Shown here in pieces: positions 8,798 to 21,495 of a stretch of DNA of 64,000 nt. Source of the DNA: Dicyema japonicum (taxonomy: Eukaryota; Animalia; Dicyemida); the NCBI GenBank assembly GCA_011109175.1, contig RDEW01000009.1, forward strand, positions 1,554,315-1,618,314. Direction: 5' to 3'. The notes below the pieces were generated by a model. The model did not search any database. It was not told the DNA's origin and was given only the letters and a program-made list of their open reading frames with translations. The position numbers and the translations under genes were made by a program. Within the stretch, counting starts at the first letter, position 1; each line of letters begins with the position of its first letter.

Positions 8798-10718
8798 ATT
8801 CTGGTTCCTGAAACTGTCTCATGGCTAATGTAGATAGACGAGAATGATGGTATGAGAATTTTTACATTTTTTCATGTGAGTGGAGCATGACTTCCAGAAC
8901 AAGATGGAGACTATTGGAATAACCATTCTACTTCACCTTGGCATGAATTTGTTACTAATATCGTTTTTTCTGTTTTCGAATAAAATATTATTTTTTATTT
9001 AATCTTGAGAAAAATACGTAGAAGATGAAACGTAAAAATATTTATTTATTTAGAACCAAGAATTACCCACAAAACAAAGGAGAGTAAGAGCCGTCAGGTG
9101 ATTCTGGCCTCCTTGAGCAGCTGCTTCATTTTTTTCGGTGTTCTCCCGAGTGTCGACACATTTCCGGTATGGACGAATGACTTTTTGAAGATTTAGAGGT
9201 TTTGGCAGAGCTTTCGTATTCCTCACGAGTTCCCCGAACAAGGTTGGTTTTAATATCGAGGAGGAAGATCTTTTTAGTATCTTTGTTACTGTCGGAGGGG
9301 TTTACTTTTTTAGGTTTGTGTGGGATATGTTAGTACTTCATGCCTCGCAGCAGTATGATGGTAGTTTATATTTGTAGTAGAGATGATCTACTGTTGGGCG
9401 GAACCATCTCTTGTAGTATCCAAGTAGCGTTTTTTACAAAGTTTAATTTTCGCTGGGAAGAGCAGATTATGTTGCTCATATGTTTGCTGAAGGTCATTAG
9501 TGGGTCAAATGTGACCCTCAGTATTTTGGTTGAATTTGTGGAGTGGATTGTCATCCCATTTAGGGTCAATGAAGGCGCCGAATTAGTCAATCTTCTATTG
9601 AGAGTAAAGATCATAGAGCACGACTTTTTTAGGACTTGTGAATAGTTGGTTCCTTGGAAGCCAATAGTTCAGGTTATCTAGTGAATCTTGTAAGCGGGTA
9701 CCCGAAGTGTGGATGCACTGATCTCTTGTTTCCAGGATTCTATTCTGGTTCCTGAAACTGTCTCATGGCTAATGTAGATAGACGTGATGCTTGAAAAGAA
9801 TGATGGTATGAGAATTTTTTAATTTCATTTTTTCATGAGAGTGGAGCATGACTTCCAGAACAAGATGGGACTATTGGAATAACCATTCTCTACTTTACAC
9901 TCGGCATGAATTTTGTTCTAATTTGTTACTAATATCGTTTTTTTGTTTTCGAATAAAATATTATTTTTTATTTAATCTTGAGAAAAATACGCAGAAGATG
10001 GAACGTAAAATATTTATTTATTTAGAACCAAGAATTACCCACAAAATAAAGGAGAGTAAGAGCCGTCAGGTGATTCTGGCCTCCTTGAGCAGCTGCTTCA
10101 TCTTTTTCGGTGTTCCTCCCCGAGTGTCGACACATTTCCGGTATGGACGAATGACTTTTTGGAGATTTAGAGGTTTTGGCAGAGCTTTCGTATTTTTCAC
10201 GAGTTCCCCGAACAAGGTTGGTTTTAATATCGAGGAGGAAGATCTCTTTAGTATCTTTGTTACTGTCTGAGGGGTTTACTTTTTTAGGTTTGTGTGGGAT
10301 ATGTTAGTACTTCATGCCGCGCAGCAGTAGCCGATTGATGGTAGTTTATATTTGTAGTAGAGATGATCTACTGTTGGGCGGAACCATCTCTTGTAGTATC
10401 CAAGTAGCGTTTTTTACAAAGTTTAATTTTCGCTGGGAAGAGCAGATTATGTTGCTCACATGTTTGCTGAAGGTCATTAGTGGGTCAAATGTGACCCTCA
10501 GTATTTTGGTTGAATTTGTGGAGTGGATTGTCATCCCATTTAGGGTCAATGAAGGCGCCGAGTTAGTCAATCTTCTATTGGGAGTAAAGATCATAGAGCA
10601 CGACTTTTTAGGACTTGTGAATAGTTGGTTCCTTGGAAGCCAATAGTTCAGGTTATCTAGTGAATCTTGTAAGCGGGTACCCGAAGTGTGGATGCACTGA
10701 TCTCTTGTTCCCAGGATT
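8798..10718. repeat. ~0.95-kb tandem duplication (8798-9739 and 9742-10718)
   Basis: Both units start ATTCTGGTTCCTGAAACTGTCTCATGG and end CTCTTGTT(T/C)CCAGGATT, with scattered substitutions and small indels. Confidence 0.92.
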
Positions 10719-10990
10719 AAATCGTTGGCGTAAGCAAAGAATAGGGCATCGTCGTCGCAACCGTATGAAGGAATGTCGCTCATGAATAGGTTGAAGAGAA
10801 TTGGAGAGAGGAGATCCTTGCAGGACCCCGTTCGGCAGAAATTTAGTGACTGAAGATGTGGAATGGAAGATTACTTTTCCTGTTCGTCGTCCGTTGAGAC
10901 TGCTAGCAAGCCAAATTTTTAGGCCTAATGGAAAATTTAAAGAAATAGAACGTTCAGGCGATTGGTACCATTTGGATACTTGATTGAAGA
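10013..10990 (-). mobile_element. 5'-truncated LINE (family C; RT C-terminal half and 3' end); its 3' part is duplicated at 9040-9739
   Basis: GVLQGSPLSPILFNLFM, YAND (degenerate YADD) and ILRVTFDPLMTFSKH, ending in a TAAATAAATAAAT tail. Confidence 0.85.
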
Positions 10991-11004
10991 TTTCACTTCC
11001 TTCC

Positions 11005-11240
11005 CTCTGGTGGCATCATTGGATCAACCTTTCTCACGAGACGCCTAATGCCTGGCTTGCATTTAAAAGAATCCATCTATTCATTCTTCCAGGAGACAAT
11101 TTCGCTCCTGGAAGCGAGTTCTAGAATCGACCTCAATACAACTCCCTATGATCACTGTGTTTGGGTGAGGGCTCTGCTGGAACGCGTCAGGATCAAGGAT
11201 TAGTTGAATTTTAGCCTTGTTCTTTGGAATAATTTAATTA
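11005..11240 (+). mobile_element. SINE-like element, family B
   Basis: GAGACGCCTAATGCCTGG core and GTCAGGATCAAGG...CCTTG...GGAATAA end are shared with 22615-22795, 28714-28930 and 33600-33820. Confidence 0.75.
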
Positions 11241-11439
11241 ATTATATACTCTGTGTCAACAATAAAGAAATGTCAACTACTTACTCTCAATATTTACGAG
11301 TCTGGAATAATCTGGAACTCTGGTCTCAGATAACTGCAGTTAAGATGACAGAATAGTGCTGAAAACCGAGTTAATAACGATCCCTAAATGCTTGGTTCTT
11401 TTTGGTGCTTTCAATATTTAATTAATCTATTAAGCCCGA

Positions 11440-11700
11440 TTACACCACAAAGAAATTAATAGTTTACTACTAATTAAATGTACCCAGTTCCCACAGTCCA
11501 GAAGACGTCCCAATGTCACACAACTCCAATTCAAAACTAACGGTAAGGGAAAAAATGTCCAATTCTTTCAGTTGAGGAAACACTTCCAATTAAGTGGGAG
11601 CGAGCAAATGATTCCTTTTCGAGCCACCCCAAAACTGGATTTCACGTGATACAGGTGTGTCGCATTAAGTTACTCCAGTAGAACACAGGACGACTGGGGG
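11440..11700 (-). mobile_element. Diverged family A SINE-like copy
   Basis: CTAATTAAATGTACCCAGTTCCCAC end and GAGCAAATGAT core match family A. Confidence 0.5.
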
Positions 11701-11787
11701 TAAAGGAAAATGCTTAATAAATCAAAAATTCCTATTTTAAGATTGACACCACTTTCAAGTAATTATCAAAAATCGTCAAATATAAAT

Positions 11788-12265
11788 TTAAATAAAATCA
11801 TTTTTAAAGGATTGGTGATAAAAAGGATTCCATATTCCCTGTGTAGAAGAGTTCAATGTCCTCCAGCGTTTTCTAATGCGTTGCTGGGGAAAACCAGAGT
11901 TGGTAATAAGCATAGAAACCCACTGAGATATTTCATTTCTATCTAAATGGGCAATTTCAATTCTCCTGGTATACCCAGATACTAAGAATAACATAAAACT
12001 ATACAATATTCCCCACAAGAACTGGAGATCTGAATCTACGTGGTGAAATGTAAATAACGATGCCTGGATTGCATTGAGCCAACGTATTGACATTATTTTC
12101 TACAAAGTCTCTGTTACTCAAATTTAGTACAAACCTTGCTCCGTGGCTATCAAAACCGGTTTTGCATAGTTTTATTACCAACCTTTGTAGTTGGCAAACG
12201 TACCTACCAACACCATTATGTAAGTTTGTCTCGATGAATCTACTCGGCAATCCACGAGAAGTCAT
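11788..12265 (-). CDS. MRPL43: Mitochondrial ribosomal protein L43
   Basis: MTSRGLPSRFIETNLHNGVGRYVCQLQRL...NPGIVIY...QRIRK...QGIWNPF closely matches animal MRPL43. One 24-nt intron at 12111-12134 and a second small intron. Confidence 0.9.
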
Positions 12266-12399
12266 TGTTTTTAAATACAATTTAATTTTACTAAAAATAC
12301 TTTAACAATTATTTTAAACAAAATATTACTCAGCCATTTAGAATAGACTGAGAGACCTTCTAATATACGAGATCCACATTTTTAGTACAAAAGAAGGCT

Positions 12400-12645
12400 T
12401 TCAGAGTCACGGAGCGGTGGACTTGTGGAAGACACAGAACCGGACCGACTACTCTGGAGGTCCTCAAAACTAAACTCCGGCATGGGGGATGGTGGCCTAC
12501 AAATAAAGTCAGCCGCCCAGTACGAGCTTGTGAGGGCAAGAGGGAGGAGCACTGGGAAAGGATGAGGATTTTGGTGGAACGCATCGGATCACGTGATAGT
12601 TAGTTTTGGTTTTACTGTGGTCTTGGGTGTTAAATAAATAAAATA
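12400..12645 (+). mobile_element. Retroelement 3' fragment
   Basis: GAGGGAGGAGCA...GATGAGG module as at 3020-3058, a GGATCAC/GTGGTCT stem and a TAAATAAAT tail. Confidence 0.5.
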
Positions 12646-13397
12646 AATTACTGCTTTTGAACATTAACGGAGTTAGAGGCAAGGCATCCGAACTGAGTTT
12701 ATATTTGGAGAGAAATAAAATTGATATCTGCCTTTTACAAGAGACCAAGCTTTCTGGAATTCCACTACTCTTAAATTTACCGGTTTCAATGTATTGAGAG
12801 TCGATCGACAATCGGGCCGAGGTGGTGGACTAGTGATCCTTGTCAGGAGAGGCATTATGTTCGATAAACACTCCTCCATATTCAGGAATCTGATAGAAGA
12901 CGCAAACACAAAAGTTATTGGGAATTCGGTACAGACCCTCTCTCGGAGCTATTATTATCGCTACGTCTATGTTCTCCCTCCAGGTTCTTGTGCAAAAGAA
13001 ATTTCTATGGATTTGTCTGTTTCAGATATGATGGAAAACTTGTTGGTTTCCGGGGATTTTAATACCAAGCATTCTTCGTGGTATGAGAAACAACCTCCAG
13101 AAACAAAGGGATTTCATATTATTTCCCAATTAGAAAATTTGTCCATTATGAACTACCCAAATAGGAATACACAAACCCCATATAATAGCATGATTCGTTA
13201 CATCACCAGATATTACGTTATGTTCACCACGGCTTGCTCCGCTTATATGCTGGTCGGTAAACTAATGGAAGATTACTCTTCCCTACGAAGCGACCACACT
13301 CCCATTCTGATCAAGATCAATTGTGCACCAATGACGCGGTCAAAGCACATCATTTTTATGACTATATTAATGCTGACTGGACTGGATTCAGAAGATA

Positions 13398-15155
13398 CAG
13401 TAAACTCTCACAAATTTGCCATTTTTGGTTCCAGCATTTTTTGCGGCAAATTTTAGAATTTAATCAAAAATTTTATGATAGTTATTGGGGAACTTCTCAA
13501 CGATGAAAATAACTAAATTTGATTTTATTACAAAAAAATTATTTAAAAAGTGAACTGTTAAATTTTATCAAAATAAAATTCAATGATTTTGGGTTTTTTA
13601 ATAATAATTCCCATTTGCTTCTATTTTATATTTCTAATATTTTCATTAAATCTTCTAATAGATTTAATTAGGACGAAAACTTTTCGTTTTCAACGTTCTC
13701 AAAAAGATCCATTTCAATTTCGCTTAAATTGATGCTATTTCATTCTTGTTTACGGGATTCACTTCAGTAGTTTCTTAGTGGATGAGTATCTCATTATCAT
13801 CAATTAATGATGTTATTTCTTCTTTTTCATCTATTGCATTTTTTAGAATATTGTATAGACATAAATTCTTCGATTTCAATCGGATCGTGAATATCCGTAT
13901 TGGATAATATTTCTTATGTTCACATTTACTAAAAGTGTGCTAATACCCGATTTTTTTAGAATTTTAAAACAATTTTTGATTGTTTTAGGGGATACATCTT
14001 CCCAGGCCATTTGTGTCTATTAAAGTGGACTTTGATTGTTTTAATAATTCCGAAATCCATTGGCTGATATTTTCCAAATTCGATGGCAAGCAATAAGAAG
14101 ACAATTATTTATAAAGAGCAAAATTGACTTCTCTGTGCTAAAAGGATATCAAATTTTATTATCCAATTAAAAAAAATCCGGTCATCCACGCTCTTTTGGA
14201 ACTGTAATACGAAACAGAACACCGATAATTATATTTTTTGAGACACCTTGGCATTTTTGATTTTCCAATCAATAAAGGCTATAATTGGCATATAGTGGTT
14301 AGGTGTCGGGCTAAAGTGACTTAGGTTACGGATTTGATTCTCGCTTTCTGTTCACCTGGTGGAAGGTTCCACGCATCTACGATGCTAAAAGGGTTTGACG
14401 AGTGACGCCGTCATCAGTGGATACTCACTGCGGAACTGGATTGTCTAGAAAAGACCCACACACAAGAAAAAGAAAAAAAAAGTGAAGATTATTCCTTGGT
14501 TCTACGATTAGTTAAAATTATCTGTTCTTTACTTAAATAAAGTATGTGTCCTGCCTATGCGGAGCTATAAATATTATGGCTCTCGTGAAAAGGCTTTAAT
14601 TTATGATTTCCAGACATATTTGTGCACAACATCACAGATGCTCTATATTTGAAGTTCTTGTATCCTCCGTTTATGCATCATTAAACAATGCACCTTAAAA
14701 TTTAAAAATATTAAGAATACTTTTTTATTCTATCCACTCAACAAGCTTTTCATCAAGTTGCGGGAACTTTAACTTTTTGACTGTTTTTGTTGAGGAATTT
14801 TTAGTTTTGAATTGTCACGACTCTTTAAGATAGCGTTAACTGTCCTCCAGCAAATGTTCACTTTAAAACAAAGGAAAATAGTCGGCAATTCTATAGCATG
14901 ATAATAATTGGTTGTTGTCCTTATAACGCAATATTTCCACTTTTTGTTCGATAGTGAGTCTCGCATATTGACCACTATAATCACAACGAGGCATGATGCT
15001 CAAATAATGCTTTATTGTTTTAATTTTCATTAATTTTTTTTAAAAACTTTAAAAAATTATGGCAAATTTCGGAATTGGCAAAATTCCACTAAAATTAGAA
15101 TATTTCTTTTAAAAATGGCAAATCTGAGAATTGGCAAATTTGAGAAAGTTTACTG
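13398..15155 (-). mobile_element. pogo/Tigger-like DNA transposon (defective)
   Basis: TIRs CAGTAAACTCTCACAAATTTGCCA and CAGTAAACTTTCTCAAATTTGCCA (reverse complement), TA target duplication at 13396-13397 and 15156-15157, and a QPMDFGIIK transposase remnant near 14050. Confidence 0.9.
14287..14588 (+). mobile_element. tRNA-headed SINE with RTE-derived 3' tail
   Basis: A-box-like TGGCATATAGTGG, degenerate B-box GGATTTGATTCT, tail GCTATAAATATTATGGC shared with RTE ends at ~53410 and ~55905, and a 13-bp flanking repeat AAAGGCT(A/T)TAATT at 14274 and 14589. Confidence 0.75.
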
Positions 15156-17547
15156 TACGTGGATTCGTCCCTATTGAATTCAATCCGAATAATTTCAACT
15201 CAATTGATAAAGCAGTCTGTCACTTTAATAAGGTGATTCTAAAAGGGAGCAAACTATTTGTCATAAAAGAAATCTTAAAACTCACCAAGAAGAAATATGA
15301 TGCTAGCACAATCCAATTAGTAAAAGAAAGGAATTGTCTCAAACGTAAAAAGCACCTAACAAAACATGATACTAACAGAATCCGTGCGCTAACATAAAAA
15401 TCAACGAAAAGACAAACTTCTCCAAAAACAAAACTGGGCCGAATTTCTAGTGCTATGAAAGAAAATAGTTCACTTACCAAGATGTGGAGGATGCTGTGAA
15501 ATGTCAAAAACGCTGAAAACAATATCGAGGGAGACCGTGAACAGGAGATGGTCTGAATAAATTTATCAACACATTGTGTGAAAATAAGCCACAAACCATT
15601 TCAAAGATGGATATTCCTCCACACAAAAAAACCAAACCGAAAAGAGGCATCCAACAATGTATGTTCTACCGGGAGATGTCGCTTTGGAGATCTATCGAAC
15701 AAGAAACCGGACGGGATCCCGGTTATTCTGTTGAAAAAGATGGGCACAGTAGGGTATCAGCACTAACATGCATCTTCAACTACTCAATCAACTTCAACTA
15801 TATTTCCGCTATTTGGAAACTTTTGAATATTCATCCAATACTGAAGCCTGGGAAACCAAGGGAGTACCCGGCTTCTTACAGGCCTTTGTCGCTCTTGTGC
15901 GTCCAGACAAGAATCCTAGAAAGATTGATTATGACACTCACACGACATTCCTTCCGAGATGCCAGATTTCAGCATGGTTTCAAAAAGGGACGATCAACTA
16001 TCATATACCTAAATACATTACAGAAGTTCATAACAGATGGTCTTAACAAAAGATCAGGACAGAAAAAGACGATTGTATGGTCAATTGATATCAAGAATGC
16101 TTTTGATTCGGTTTCGAGAAAGATTATCACGCACAAAATATATTCGTGAACATTGACGCAAACATGAATTATGGTTGGGAAATTTCTTGAGTGGTCGACG
16201 AGGACGAGTACACTATGGCAATCGATGTTCCGTATCGAGACTATTAGCAAATAACGTTACCCAGGGGTCTGCATTATCTCCCCTCTCGTTTAACCTCATG
16301 ATGATGTGAGTATTATCGAAGCAACGAGAAGAGTACAGGACAATCTGAATAAACTAAGTCTATGGCTTTGGGAAAATCAATTGACTGCTAACCCGGAGAA
16401 GTCAGTGTTGACTCTATTCACGACAAACATAAGACTAAGGAAAGTATCAATTGACGTCACACTAGATGAGAAGAATATCCCGCAAAACAAATACCAGAAA
16501 ATCCTGGGAGTTACCTTTGACACCTTCTTAACCTTTACAAAACATGTTGAAAATATGCTATTGACATGTACGAAAAAAATCAAAAGCCCAGAAACCTAGA
16601 AAATATGATAGAGGCGACTGGAAAAGTGCCCCTGCGAAGGAATCGAGTATGCGGACCCCTCCATATCGGAAATGCGCAGGAACGCAATCGGAACACCGAG
16701 AAAAGATGCAGAGAATGTTGAGGGAGGCTGGGATCACCTGAATTTTATTTATTTTGGATATGACGGTGGTTTTCTGGTTCAATAATAATAATTATTACTG
16801 TCTGAGATTTTCGCAAGTCGTTTGTAACATTGTTTACCACGTGTAAAATGGACTACAACATCATTCAAAGAATTATCTTTAACAATACATTTACAGAGAG
16901 CGATTCAAGATGCTCGTCAGTATGAAATTACATAGTTAGGTGCGAGTCTTATTTTTTAACCCAGTGGTCCTGGGGCAATAATAATAATCGACATTATGAC
17001 CAGGCATCTTAGTGATTAGTTCTGTCGCTTGCTTCGCATTTAGTGGATTCGATTTCCCAACGCTAAGAATTCTTTTCTGGTCTTTGCATTTCTTCAACTC
17101 ATAAGAGGTGTCATGGAATCCACACAACTTTGGTGAAAACTAGTGCCTGGTCAGCATCCAGAGAGCATCTCTCTTCCATAACCAGTACAGGGGTCCCGAC
17201 AATTATGGATGGATGTGTTATTTGTAAAAGATGCGTCTGACTCCAACCGTGTGAAGTGGGTAAAACCTATTTCGAATATATCCGAGGTTATTAGTAGGGA
17301 AGAGATGCTTTTTTTGATGCCGAGTCCCCTAAGATAGGTGGATTCCATGACACCGTAAAGGTCGAAATTATAGAAGAATGATTCAGAAAAGTTGACGTTA
17401 TTAAAAAAACCGCACTTGAACAAGCACTTGACTTGTCAGAAAATAAAAAAGAATCGATTATAAATTTGGTAACCTCGGTGATATTTTAAGGTTATCAAAA
17501 TAGCAAAAATAATTGGTGTTACTATTTAGGTAGTTTAGTAGAAAATA

Positions 17548-20234
17548 TCAATTTATTTGTGCTCTCCAAAAATTCGAATCGAGACAAAAATTAGCATTCA
17601 GTCCCCTTATTCTACAATTCGTAGTTTTTCTCTCATTTTCTGGTGATTGTACTTTTCCATTTGATCTGATGGGTTGGATGATTTGACATCTCCTAAATTG
17701 TGTCATTACTCCACACTTTGAACATGTTTTGCCGTTCTTTTCAACATCTGGTAGAGAAATATTATCATGGAAATATGGTAGACACATTTTGAAGGAAAGT
17801 GGTTTCTTCTTCAAAACCTGAGACTTAATTCCAGCTAAAAGTCTTAAATTCTGCTCATTTATCTCATCTCTCAGTTGATATACATTTCCAGCCTTTTCTT
17901 GAGTTACTTTACTTTTTCTAACAATCCTTTCCTTGGTAAATCTTGATCTTTCCTTTGAAGTGTCCATCATTTCCGGACTACCTCTTTTACTTGACTTTTC
18001 CTTTGAACTGTTCATCATTTCAGGACTACTTCTTTTGCTTGACTTTTTTTGATTAAACTTTTTTCTGTGATTCTTTTTTGAACTATAGCACGAATAATTC
18101 GGTTTTGGACTCTGATTTGTCTTGTATTCAATTAGAGGACAACACTTCCGAGGGGGTGTTTTTTTCTCCACTGGGGAGTCAAATCGGCAGTATTCGTCTT
18201 AGTTTTTTGAACGATTTGTTTTTCCAGTTTTCCATTCGTCTCAGTCTGTTTTGAGCTGACATCGATTTTGTGTAGAGGGGGAAGCTGTTTAGGCAGTTTA
18301 GGAGAACGAATAGGGATGCAATCAACAGTCAAGGAAGAACCAGAATAATGGGGCTTCTGTATTATCGGTCCTCTATAGAGGAGTTCAAAGTCCCCAACGT
18401 TTGCGCCCTTACTAATCCGACGGTCACATACAACTAGAGGTCAGCCAATATGAACCTTTTATAGTATCATCCAAAACAGCAGAACAGAGCATTTCAGTCA
18501 CACTAGTGCTTGAATCCATGCTGGGACTGGAATTAATCTCGATCAACCACGGATTTAACTGCTCATCGATGATAAAGTCAGCCCCATATAACTCAAAGGA
18601 ATTCTAATTTCTGACAAATTCCCACCTTTCGTTGGTCAATCGATTCCTGACCACACATAACAGCACAGAGAATGGATTTTTTAATGTTCGGATATATCCG
18701 ATCTTTCCATTCGTTTGGATGTCCAACGGAACTTCAAAATATGCACATGCATACCTCAAATATTCCTGGAATCTTTCACATGTCCACATATTGTTATCAG
18801 GCAACTCTGACGACCGGTTTACTTCATTAGAATAGTATTTTTGAATCGCATTATTATTTAAGTGGATCGATCTACGTCTCACAGAAAAAACAACGCGTGA
18901 AAGTCTATCAGCGAAAACTGATGGGAACAGAATCTCAGATAGCTTTGTTTGTATATCCAGATTGTTAGGGGATTCCAGTCAGTCACCAAAAACCACTGAC
19001 GAATGTCGAATTTGGTAGAATAAATGAGAAGTGGGCGTTCAATATATTTTTGAACTACAAATTTGGCCTTCTGTCGACTATACGTTGTATCAGCCACCTT
19101 AACCACATCAGAGTATTTGTCACATATAAAAATCCCTACAATCTGACGATAAAGTACCTCTCCCACGTGATCGGGCTGCTGGTTTGACAATCCAAATGTT
19201 CCTGGTACCGTCAATTCTGTCCTGTGGATAGATATCTGCGAGTTGAGATAATAAATTTGAGCAGTGGTTAAGGGTTGCTTTAGGAATGCCAAAATCCTTA
19301 TATTTTCCATTCCTGACAACAAGGGACAAAATTACTTTAAATTTTGGTAATTTTCGAGAAAATTATTCCACCTTTCAGGGGAAATTTTTTCCTAGAATAA
19401 AATTTAAAGTAAAAACTGAAATTGGGTCCTCCAAGTCCTCGTTATTATGGAATCGAATGAAGCTTTCGACTTGCAATATAGCAAAGGATACGTTTTCTGA
19501 CACAAACGTTGCCGGAGAAACAAAATCGGCTGAAATAAATTCCGTTTTACCTTTTGCGTATAAAATTTTGAGGAATCCGATGCATGCCGTTAACCGAAAA
19601 TCATCTTTTATTTAAGAGAATACTTGAACCTGTGAATGCATCCAGATCATCGTCCTCGAACAGTCGAATGCTCTGGGGTAGATTGTGGTCTCGTCAACGT
19701 CGGAATACCACGACAACTGTTTTAAATGCAGTAACAAACCAGCCTGAAGTTATAAAAAGGGTCACTTTGGTGGTAAGAGACCAGGAACCACGAAAATGGT
19801 TGATAATTTGGTGCTTTTCGAGAAATTTATAGTCAATACTATTCGAACGGAGAGTCCATATCAGATTTGAGGTAGTGTTGCGTAACAGACGAGCCTAGAT
19901 TGGTATAGGTATCGTTTTACTGTGATTTGGCACTGCTTTATATCCTCCTGTTCAGGCTCGTCAACCTCATCTATGGTAAAAACGAATTGTAACCAATTTC
20001 CGTCGTCATCACCAGAAAACGATGACTCCTCTGACTGTTTACATACCTTGGACGGTTTTTCCACTTTTTCAAGCCACCCACGTGACATGAGAGATTTTCG
20101 AATGGTCTTATATCCCCCAAAGAGTGAAAATATTTTGCCGGACTTGGTTTACGTGCAGGACCTACCTTTTCTATCGATTCCACGTGGGCTTTCAACTGTC
20201 GAATCTCGTAAATAGTCAGATGCTTTTCTTTCAT
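17548..20234 (-). CDS. Tubulin monoglycylase TTLL3/TTLL8-like; one apparent -1 frameshift near 19667, C-terminus uncertain (18132 or 17548)
   Basis: [75 protein letters not shown] and SFELYGADF...WLIEINSSP. Confidence 0.85.
17950..18045. repeat. 48-bp tandem repeat (2 copies)
   Basis: Encodes [16 protein letters not shown] and [16 protein letters not shown] in ORF 17548-18171. Confidence 0.9.
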
Positions 20235-21182
20235 TTGATCCGACTAAATTTCCTTAGAAAACAGAAATAAATTTTATTGTATATCATTAAATTATTTATT
20301 TTATTTAATAAATTAATAAAAAATAGTTCCAATAAAATAAACTAAGAAAATATTACATTTAATTTTGACACTCAGAAAAAGTGTTAAGCAGAGGAACCTA
20401 AAGGTCAGGTCGGTGGATTGTGGTAAACCGGCAAATTAAAAATTTATTTCTTCAGAATTATGTTTTTAGTTTATTATTGTTTTAATTGATGATTAACTAA
20501 TTTATTTTATTTGTTTGCTGATTTTTAGTCAATATTATAAGAATAACGAAATCAATGTGTCAACAAAGCGACCGTATTAACTTTGACATTTTCAATTGAT
20601 TTTTAGTAGAATGATTTGAACTTGGATTTTTAAGTGGATAACTCAAAAATATGAATTTGGAATTTCTAGTTGATTTTTATTCGTCAAACTTAGTTTTGTT
20701 TCTGGCTTAAAAAATCTTATTTATTCCCCTAAAGTTAAGGAAACTGGTAGCTAACAAGAAAGTGAGAATCGAAAGCGGACGTCCCCAAAAATGAGTCAGT
20801 TGTACATGTTGTGGCGTAAAAATTGATGACAAAAGAATTGGTGGTCGTCGCCTAGAATGCAGGAGTGACATAGTGACAACACCGATTCTGCTCATAGAGT
20901 TTTTTTATTTTGTTTAATGGGGTTAAATCAATTATATTTTTGTGCTAAAACTGCATAAATGGTGGATTATTGTTTAATACAGGTGATTTGATTTAAAATT
21001 TGATTTAATTTACTCCGTCAAATCATTAGAATTTTTTTAATATTAATTCAAATTTGATTTTTTCATAGAATAGTAATTAATCATCGTTTTTAAAAAAAAA
21101 ATCAGGTTATTTAATGAATACAAGGTCAACTTTGCAACTAAAAATGCTGACGCACATGTCGTATTCCATAGTAATAATAATA

Positions 21183-21495
21183 CAGTGAATTCCTCTAATT
21201 GGCCACCCTTAAATTGGCCAATTCTCAAATTCGTCACACATTATTAAAAAATTAAAATTTATTTTTCTTTTTCAATTATTTTATTAAAAATAAAAATTTC
21301 AAACTAAAAATGTTACAATATGTTCGAATGCTTCTCCTTGAATACAAGGCTTAATTGTTTCCAAAAACTCGAATTTTCGAGATATAAAGACGAGAATAAT
21401 ACTAAACCGTGCCAAAAAAGTCGATCACAGATTTTCTGATTTATTTAATACTCGAATTTCAAGAAAAACCGTGAATAATATTCTTAATTCCCGAG
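21183..21495 (+). mobile_element. pogo/Tigger-like terminus (same family as 310-671)
   Basis: TA+CAGTGAATTCCTCTAATTGGCCA start; collinear with the reverse complement of 310-671. Confidence 0.7.

Larger units (their letters stand above)
12700..16790 (+). mobile_element. Degenerate APE-RT LINE (I-group/Ingi-Nimb-like, family C), split by a pogo insertion
   Basis: APE motifs RGGGLVILV, SGDFNTKH and SDHTPI (12794-13400). RT motifs HPILKPGK..SYRPLSLL, QHGFKKGRST and SIDIKNAFDSV (15574-16150). Removing 13398-15157 rejoins WTGFRRY-VDS. Confidence 0.85.

Noticed and set aside
16800-17423. PHD-finger-like or DEAD-box-like hints in minus-strand ORFs
   Set aside because: Motif pieces (CRDP, FHQSCV, IIVGTP, YYCP) fall in different frames and support no single family.
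20707-20895. 62-aa minus-strand ORF
   Set aside because: No recognisable motif or splice support.
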